Below the pieces are notes generated by a model. The model saw nothing but the letters and a program-made list of their open reading frames with translations. It had not been told where the DNA came from and did not search any database. The position numbers were made by a program, and so were the translations under genes. From an uncultured Nitrososphaerales archaeon (GTDB lineage Archaea; Thermoproteota; Nitrososphaeria; Nitrososphaerales; Nitrososphaeraceae), in the NCBI GenBank assembly GCA_963713605.1, contig CAVQMO010000012.1:325319-389318 (forward strand): a stretch of 64,000 nucleotides of DNA. Reading direction: 5' to 3'. Each line of letters opens with the position of its first letter. Position 1 is the stretch's first letter. Positions 56,832-64,000 of the stretch are shown here, piece after piece.

Positions 56832-57011
56832 ATGGAAATAGAACCTATTATGGGTCTAATGTATCTGGCAATTGGATTCGTACTGACTTATCTATCGTTG
56901 GAAGTTGCCTGGCATTTCACTGCCTGTAAAGTCAAAGTGTCAAATGAGAAGATGATAAAACCGTGTCTCTTTAAGCAAGTTAAACTGTTAGTAGTTCCGA
57001 CTGTACATTAG
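56832..57011 (+). CDS. 59 aa membrane protein
   Basis: MEIEPIMGLMYLAIGFVLTYLSLEVAWHFTACK...; TTAATTAA upstream. Confidence 0.6.
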   Translation: MEIEPIMGLMYLAIGFVLTYLSLEVAWHFTACKVKVSNEKMIKPCLFKQVKLLVVPTVH

Positions 57012-57053
57012 AGACAATCTGGTGAGCCATCATTTCTAAAGTTATTTCATTTA

Positions 57054-57290
57054 ATGAAAGCTCGTAAAATGCTGAATGAAAAATATCTCTTAGAATTTCT
57101 AAAATATGCAGGTCATGATATACCCGAATTAACCTATAGATTACAACAGCTTGCAAACGAAGTCATAGACTTGGAATCAAAGAAAAGGCAATCTATAGAT
57201 GCGCTAGCACAACTTAGTGATACGTTAAGCTGGTATCATAGAAATATTAAGCTCAACAAACAAATCTGTCAGATTTGGATAAAAAGATAA
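57054..57290 (+). pseudogene. coiled-coil protein fragment
   Basis: LKYAGHDIPELTYRLQQLANEVIDLE; appears 5'-truncated. Confidence 0.4.
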
Positions 57291-57494
57291 ATCAAAAGCA
57301 GTATGCATTAAATGAAAAACCAGCATCTCACTAAATGATATTTATGATCTAAGTCATCTATCGAGCTGGGAGTCGAAATCATTGGACTCAGGTTCGAGTG
57401 CTGGGATATCTAGCCCGGCTGTTGTGTGTGTACTACTACTAAGGTTCTTAGCCGTCTCTAAATAGCTTGTTGCTTAGAACCAATTATTGAAACA

Positions 57495-57782
57495 TGAATT
57501 GACTGCTTCTCAGATTCTGCGTACATATGGTAAGCAGTATACACAGATCAGAGAGAGCAATACACTAATGGAATTAATGGAAGATGCGCGATGGGTGTCA
57601 TCTTGTCTTATTTCGGCTGGGATGGTAACCCTAATTCTGATATAACTATGAGTGTACATGCCGCCTTAGCAAAAACTGGCCTTCATGATGATTTTTTCAT
57701 GATTGATCTGAATGACTCGGGTTTGTCATTTGATGAAATCGCCGATTACCTCGATAAATATGGTAGCAACAGGTATTGGTGA
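57495..57782 (+). pseudogene. small hypothetical protein, disrupted
   Basis: SQILRTYGKQYTQIRE/QYTNGINGRCAMGVILSYFGW..LNDSGLSFDEIADYLD. Confidence 0.55.
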
Positions 57783-58099
57783 AGTCAGCTACGTTCTATT
57801 TTTCATATTTAGAATATTTCTAAACAGCTTGTTGGCTAACCATGTCTAACATTATTATAATACTTTTATTCAATATTGCTTATTAGTAAATGGCAATATC
57901 CAATCTCAACCCCATGAGCGATCAAGTTGGTGGCCTGCCCGCCTGCCCAAATAACCACCAACAGTTTAGCGTTTAGTGATAATCCATCACATGTAACGGC
58001 CCTTAAATGAAAGTTAGCAAATGAATTCATACGTTAATACTGTACTTCTAAATCTACTTGGCTTCTGCTGCTATAGCATACTCTTTTTATTCATCTTAA

Positions 58100-58121
58100 T
58101 TACTCAGGTTCGCCTGAGTAA
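58100..58121. terminator. perfect hairpin between convergent genes
   Basis: TTACTCAGG-TTCG-CCTGAGTAA. Confidence 0.35.
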
Positions 58122-58212
58122 GTGAGTCAGTCTGAAGAACTCAACTTCTTCTGATTTAAGTTAATCTAAACAAATTAATTTTTCATATCTGTTAAACTAC
58201 TCCCATAAGTTG

Positions 58213-58686
58213 CTACGAGACAGTTGATATGTCGAAATCACCTCGTACCTCAACAGTTTCTTTAATAGTATTTACTCCACCTTCGACTTTCCATCTGCCA
58301 CCATTTAGATGTGATAACCGTGAAGCTGATGTCCACATTGTTCCCTCGCCAGTAACTTTCGCAATCCCTCTTTGGTTTGGGGCCATCTGAGTTCCAGTTC
58401 CAATTCCCGTAATAGATTCCCCCTTATTGGTCATATGCAAATACATGATCGTCAGGGTCGCGCTTCCATCTGCTAACATTGTTACTTCCACCGTGTCCCA
58501 GTGAACTCCCGAATAGTGTTTTCCAGTAACTTGTCCCTTATCGTTGCTCTCAAATCTCACGATTTCATTGTTAATATCAACAATTCTGGTACTGGTCGCC
58601 TTAGCCTTTATAACAACATCATATTTGGTAGATGACGTTTTTTTCGAAGACCCGGTAGATGATCGTTTCTTTGAAGCTTTGGCCAT
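58213..58686 (-). CDS. beta-barrel hypothetical protein with basic N-terminus
   Basis: 157 aa; WTSASRLSHLNG; TTATA upstream. Confidence 0.8.
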   Translation of the reverse strand: MAKASKKRSSTGSSKKTSSTKYDVVIKAKATSTRIVDINNEIVRFESNDKGQVTGKHYSGVHWDTVEVTMLADGSATLTIMYLHMTNKGESITGIGTGTQMAPNQRGIAKVTGEGTMWTSASRLSHLNGGRWKVEGGVNTIKETVEVRGDFDISTVS

Positions 58687-58768
58687 ATCGGCATACTATA
58701 AATTCCGTGACTATAATATCTTTTACAAAGCGATATCTTTATCAAAGTTTTAATTAGGTAAGCTCTGA

Positions 58769-58924
58769 TCGCGGCTTAACAAGCAAGGTCTTCAGAAATT
58801 AAAATGTGCCACGTGTGGTACAATGTTCATGTCCGAAACGGATACTAATACATGTCCAACATGTTCGGAGAGTCATAGCCATCATGAACATGGTGGTATG
58901 GGTGGTTGCGGCTGCGGCCACTAA
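58769..58924 (+). CDS. small Cys/His metal-binding protein (start codon unclear)
   Basis: LKCATCGTMFMSETDTNTCPTCSESHSHHEHGGMGGCGCGH* followed by T6. Confidence 0.65.
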   Translation, partial: SRLNKQGLQKLKCATCGTMFMSETDTNTCPTCSESHSHHEHGGMGGCGCGH

Positions 58925-58932
58925 TTTTTTAG

Positions 58933-59094
58933 CTAACTAGTCTTATTACGACCTTTCCAAATTTTCTTTTCTGGTTTTAGTATCTTCAAGAATTTTTCGA
59001 AGATACTTGGTTTTAGTTTGGATGGTATGTCATTTATGTGTCGGTCTATAGCCCATCCAAGACAGCCCAATGCTCTAGCATCATTTGATTCCAT
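58933..59094 (-). CDS. 53 aa hypothetical protein
   Basis: MESNDARALGCLGWAIDRH...; ATG ORF only. Confidence 0.4.
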   Translation of the reverse strand: MESNDARALGCLGWAIDRHINDIPSKLKPSIFEKFLKILKPEKKIWKGRNKTS

Positions 59095-59481
59095 GATAAA
59101 ACCTGTATGTTGTTCATTCAGCTTTATGCGATTACCAAATACCTAATTTAGCTGTTTGTCAATCGAATTCTCACAATATTAGATCAATCGAAGACTAGCT
59201 AGCTTATTAAACCAAACCTGGACCGGGGTATGTATAGATAGTTCAACGCAGGTGACGTATCTGAATTGTAGTTTGGTCATTGTCATAGCCAAGCGTATCT
59301 GACCTAACTGACGCATCTGACCCGCTTTTGCTACTGTATAGCTTATTGCGGTGTCTTTACACGATCGATAAACACGATGAACACCTTCTTGCGATTATGT
59401 GGACAGACGTTCTACTAAACTAAGAGGTGTAATGATATACTGTACTTCATTTGATATCCATTATTGTGCTGGAATTATCAC

Positions 59482-59595
59482 ATGATTCTTATTATGATTT
59501 CCATATCGGAAAAACAATATCTTTCGTTTAACTTTATTCCTAAAACAAGAAGGTTTCTTTTTTTCTAAAGGGAAATTATTAGTATTGAACTATTT
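59482..59595. repeat. non-coding dispersed repeat (copy 2)
   Basis: Matches 51129-51242. Confidence 0.8.
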
Positions 59596-59652
59596 TTAAT
59601 GAAATTAAGAGATATTACTTTCGTTTCATCTTAATTGTTAGTTCGCTAATGA

Positions 59653-60717
59653 TTATTTTTCTAAATCATCTACCCCTCTTTCATTAACCGTAAAACGTAT
59701 ATCAGAATAAGGATGATACGGAGAATCAATCATCTTCGCTATTCTATTTTCCCCTGATTTTCTAAGGTATATTCTATATGTAGAAGTATGGCCTATAACA
59801 TTTCCGCCTGCTGCCTTTGTTGGATCTCCAAAGAATGTATCAGGAGATGATTGCACTTGATTAGTAATTACAATCACTATGTTAAATATTTCAGCAAGTC
59901 TTATTAATTTATGTAAAATAGAATTAAGCCTCTGTTGTCTATCCGCAAGTGTGCCTCTACCTGCGAACTCTGCTCGATGAAGAGAGATAATACTATCTAT
60001 TATTACTAATTTAGCGTTAAACTCATTTATGTATCTACCAAGATCCTTTATAATCAATTCTAAATGGGAACTATTGTATACTTTACATATTGCAACATTT
60101 TTTAAAACTAACATCGGATCAAAACCTCTTGCCCTAGCGATCTGATTTAATCTTTCAGGCCTGAATGTTCCTTCTGTATCGATATAGATTACACCTCCAT
60201 CAAGGCCTCCTTCACTTATAGGTTGTTTTGCCATAGCACATAAAGTATGACAAATCTGTGATTTACCTGAACCAAATTCTCCATAAAATTCTGTAACAGC
60301 TTGAGTTTCTATTCCTCCCAGCAACAACTCATCCAAAGATTTAGAACCGCTAGAACACCTTAGCATAGATTTCCTTTTTTCAAGAACAAAGTCAGCAGTA
60401 ACAAATTCCTTTTCTAATACATTCGATTCTCTAAGCAGTTTCTGCGCTGCCATAATGAATGCTCGAGCGCTATCCTTGGAAGAGTTAATATCTACAGCTA
60501 ATTGTTCTGCGCTAGTTACTGCTAGATCCATTACTGATACTATCCCTGCCTCCTTGAGCTTCTTTGCTGTTGTTGGGCCTACTCCCTCAATATCCTGTAT
60601 TTCAAGGTCTATTGCAGACATTTTTTCGTTGGCATTGTATATAGTTGAGTCATTATTATCATGTTCAGAAGAGTCTATACGAGGATCAGTTTGGACTTTT
60701 GCCTTTTTATCTGTCAT
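59653..60717 (-). CDS. radA: DNA repair and recombination protein RadA
   Basis: HhH EGVGPTTAKKL, Walker A GEFGSGKS, IDTEGTFRPERL, GRGTLADRQQRL, TNQV. Confidence 0.96.
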   Translation of the reverse strand: MTDKKAKVQTDPRIDSSEHDNNDSTIYNANEKMSAIDLEIQDIEGVGPTTAKKLKEAGIVSVMDLAVTSAEQLAVDINSSKDSARAFIMAAQKLLRESNVLEKEFVTADFVLEKRKSMLRCSSGSKSLDELLLGGIETQAVTEFYGEFGSGKSQICHTLCAMAKQPISEGGLDGGVIYIDTEGTFRPERLNQIARARGFDPMLVLKNVAICKVYNSSHLELIIKDLGRYINEFNAKLVIIDSIISLHRAEFAGRGTLADRQQRLNSILHKLIRLAEIFNIVIVITNQVQSSPDTFFGDPTKAAGGNVIGHTSTYRIYLRKSGENRIAKMIDSPYHPYSDIRFTVNERGVDDLEK

Positions 60718-60952
60718 TAACTAACGTATTATTAGTTACTGACACTTATTTAAAGGTCGAAGAACGTAGGAGGGAGGGAGGGAATCACGAGCTGAAATGA
60801 AGTTCCGCACGTATTAAAAAGTATTCAAATATTACATAGCCTGTCCACCTATCATGGCATATCATAGAAGACACTGCTGGCTTACTCATATCTTTGAAAA
60901 CAAATTCGTATCAACAAAAATCTTGATATAATGGGAATGGAAAGTGGAATTA

Positions 60953-61061
60953 TTACCTGGATATAGTTGCAGAAATAACGTATGCCCAATCACCAGAACA
61001 TAATGTTACCTGGATATAGTTGCAGAAATAACGTATGCCCAATCACCAGAACATAATGTTA
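60953..61061. repeat. 53 bp perfect tandem duplication
   Basis: ttacctggatatagttgcagaaataacgtatgcccaatcaccagaacataatg occurs twice, followed by tta. Confidence 0.95.
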
Positions 61062-61467
61062 GTGATATTTTAACACATTTACAAGGAAAACTTTGTTACG
61101 GCCATATTTTGAAGCCCTTCTCCCCCAGCTCTCCCCATGTTTGATTGATTATATCGCAAATTGGCGAGTCATTGAGTCATGTCTGACACACAAACTCATC
61201 GAGCTTCAAAAGATTATAGATGAAAAGATGTATGGATAATGTTGACTCGACTTCTGGTGATGACAGCTCATCCACAGACCCATCAAACGATGACTCATCA
61301 GATGATAGCTTGGATGATGGCTCCGATTAGTGGTAGCTGAATCTATCATTGAATATGAAAAATGTCTACTATTTAGCATACGATAAGACTGACTTCCATG
61401 AAAACATGTTAGTCTGAGATACAAATTTCTGGTACGCTCTGAATGATGAATAACTGTATTATGCCAT

Positions 61468-61686
61468 CTAGACACATGTTAGCAAGAAGTTGCAGGTTTC
61501 GCATATATACACTAACTTATCGAAACTAGAGCACAATTCCAAAATCTCATCACAGCGCGGGCATTGGATCTCCATGTCTAGCTCAGACAACACCGGCTCT
61601 TCTTTTCGCTCTGGTACGCTAGATTCTTGTAATGTTTCGAGAACTTGATTTTCGGGCTCCGTTTTTGGGGGGACATGATATCCCAT
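61468..61686 (-). CDS. small zinc-ribbon protein
   Basis: CPRC..CETC. Confidence 0.7.
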   Translation of the reverse strand: MGYHVPPKTEPENQVLETLQESSVPERKEEPVLSELDMEIQCPRCDEILELCSSFDKLVYICETCNFLLTCV

Positions 61687-61776
61687 GTAAATAATATTGT
61701 CTGAACTTAAGTCCGCCTAGTATTGCCTTCTTCATCAGGATTTTGTATGTAATCCTCGTTTGCTATATTATCTACC

Positions 61777-62340
61777 TTATTCGTGATGGCCTTCTCCAGG
61801 CATTATCTCGTTAACACCTATTACCACCGTGCTACTTGCCGGAAGAACTTCATCTGAATCACCAGTATTCTGAATCGCAATGTCTGTAACGGTTAAATTC
61901 TGCGGAGGGATATCTACATGGTATAAACACATAGTTCCAGGACTTGATAATTGTGGAACATTCTCAAGCTCTGCGTTTGTAAGGTTTGGAGCCTGGCCAA
62001 TGAGTATGTTAAAAGAGGCAGTAGAATTATCTTCACATGGTACGTTCGCTGCTATGTGACCGTTGGTAATTACAAACGGAGTGCTATCGTATAGATGAAT
62101 AAATCCCTGCGAGGGAATAGTCATTCCTTCTAGTAAGACCGCCTGGGAATCTCTGACATAAACTTCGCCTTCTTCAGAAGAACTAGTATTTCCATAAGAC
62201 TCTTCCGCCGTCATTGACATATTTTCTCCTTGTGCGTTTACGTAACCGCTCCCAACATTTGTAAGAGCAAGCGTTGATATAAGAAGTGCAGTAATAATAC
62301 CCACGATAATGTGCTGCATTATTGAAATATAACAATTCAT
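61777..62340 (-). CDS. secreted conserved hypothetical protein
   Basis: Signal peptide; HLYDSTPF..GHIAANVPC..CLYHVD; His-containing tail. Confidence 0.8.
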   Translation of the reverse strand: MNCYISIMQHIIVGIITALLISTLALTNVGSGYVNAQGENMSMTAEESYGNTSSSEEGEVYVRDSQAVLLEGMTIPSQGFIHLYDSTPFVITNGHIAANVPCEDNSTASFNILIGQAPNLTNAELENVPQLSSPGTMCLYHVDIPPQNLTVTDIAIQNTGDSDEVLPASSTVVIGVNEIMPGEGHHE

Positions 62341-64000
62341 ATTATATTAATATTCTCTTAATATTCTCCTGTATACTGCACATTTGACAGCAGTTTGTGG
62401 TATTCTTTTCTGTGTGTTCTAAGTCAACAAACCAATCTTTAGGATTTACGGCTATAATTGCAAGTCTGATTGAGCATGAACTGTTAGAACTGCACCACAA
62501 AATAACAGCAATACAGAAAATATAGTCATTATCATAAACAATATTTTCATGGAACTATGATACCTCCAGCCTAGTGGAATTACTTAAAGCTGTTTCTTTG
62601 CTGTCCCCAAAGATATAAGGTAGTTGCCAGAGTTCGTATTCGCTTCTCGCAAATCATACGAAGTGATGATTACTACGATCATTTAGATTGTCGTCGCAGT
62701 TCTGGCAACAATCCGTTTCCTACATAAGTTATTCAATTAATTAAGCAATCAGTTATCATAACCGCTATTCTGATTCTTTCAGAAGCGCTCTTTCTACTAG
62801 ATAGTGGTGATGATCGGGATGGTTTTTATTATTCCTAAACCCAACTTGGGCTCTTTTGAACCCTGACTTTGAGTCAAAAATGGTTCACACACCCTTGTGT
62901 CCAGCCAACTGTCACCTACAAAGGAATGTTTAAAAATATTTATTGTAATAAATATATTGAAACCATTTATAGAATCGCTATAGCTGTGGGAACCACTGGC
63001 GTTCCCCCTCATACTCATACGTCCAAGTCAGATATTGATAAGGTTATTGAGTAATTAGTCCATATAATTGGAAAATATGAATGATGAGGCTACGAACTCA
63101 TTTACGCTATATAGATGGATACGAATCCAGTCTATTTAAACAAGAAAAAGAACTTCGAAGATGGTGTGATGATCTCGCACTGGACAGAACTTGTCCTCTA
63201 TGTAGGTGCAAACAGTTCAGTTGCTTGTGCAGGAGATTCAAAATATGAATTAAAGTAATGCCATTACTTATTTGAATCTGGCATCGGAGCGCATGAGGAT
63301 TCCAACAATATCTAACAATCAGGGTTTAGCAGGAGAAGCCTCTATTAATTTCCTTACTCATGACAACCCAAATCTGGGCAAAAGGATTCAATACGCCGCC
63401 GGTTGGTCACTAATTGAGTACCCATTACAACCCGCTGGAAATAATACCGTAATAAGCTTTTTTCTGACCAAAAAACTAGTTCTGAACTAGGAAAATACTA
63501 TTTAAAATATTAACTGACTCAACCATAAAGGAGTTTTATCATCTATAACAACCACACTTGTAGAAGTGCCATTTACTCTCTAAGTGGGGGCCCGCTGTAA
63601 TATTAGTTCTCAAACCACAAGAAAAAAAGTCAACCAACAATGACAATAACTATACCAATCAACCAACAAGCCATCTTTTCTATGGGGTAGAATGTTGAAG
63701 GGTATCTGGATAGAGAGGCTACTTCACATTATGACCTATCTAATAGTTTCAGGACGTCTTTACAATTCTGGCATTAGAGACTGTTCGTTTAGAAAGTCAC
63801 TTTTGGAGTATTTGTATTATTGGGGAGGGGGGGCGGTGGCATAGGCAAGCCTAGTATTCGATAAACTAAGGCAAGAAGAATTATCACTGACAGTATCAAT
63901 GATACCTTAGCGGATGCCTGTGTTTCCATAAATAATGAAAATGCTATAGCGAGTCCAGATTGTATGAGAATGAAATAGAGAAGTCACATGGAAAATGAAA

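Noticed and set aside
57361..57420. tRNA (contains GGTTCGAG)
   Set aside because: No cloverleaf or acceptor stem can be built; only weak hairpins
60953..61061. CRISPR array
   Set aside because: Two adjacent identical units with no spacers and no cas genes
62797..63490. Short ORFs at the right end
   Set aside because: No recognisable motifs; overlapping and probably spurious or decayed

Overview
AT-rich archaeal DNA, most likely from a soil ammonia-oxidising archaeon (Nitrososphaeraceae). The inference rests on an archaeal RadA, F420-type LLM/PPOX proteins, TATA-like boxes, a tyrosine integrase with a coiled-coil tail, and many small secreted or zinc-binding proteins. The left ~39 kb is an accessory mosaic: an integrase, terminase-like remnants, detox/stress genes (VOC, MFS, arsM plus a truncated arsC, RidA, Vgb, SRPBCC, cNMP-TrxR), low-complexity secreted proteins and many short gene fragments. 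The right part holds more core-like genes (glycosyltransferases, Cax, USP, LLM, LtrA, GCS2 ligase, Lrp-GAF, radA). No rRNA, tRNA or CRISPR array could be supported. About a dozen single-base frameshifts in otherwise intact genes are probably sequencing errors. The most notable observations are (1) a signal-peptide-bearing allophanate-hydrolase-like amidase, (2) an adjacent PaxB/Pyr4-type membrane terpene cyclase homologue, and (3) a patchwork of 45-190 bp pieces copied from gene ends, including a microhomology junction that truncates arsC and an 81-bp perfect direct repeat flanking a small zinc-finger gene. All homology calls come from motif recognition by eye; no searches were run.
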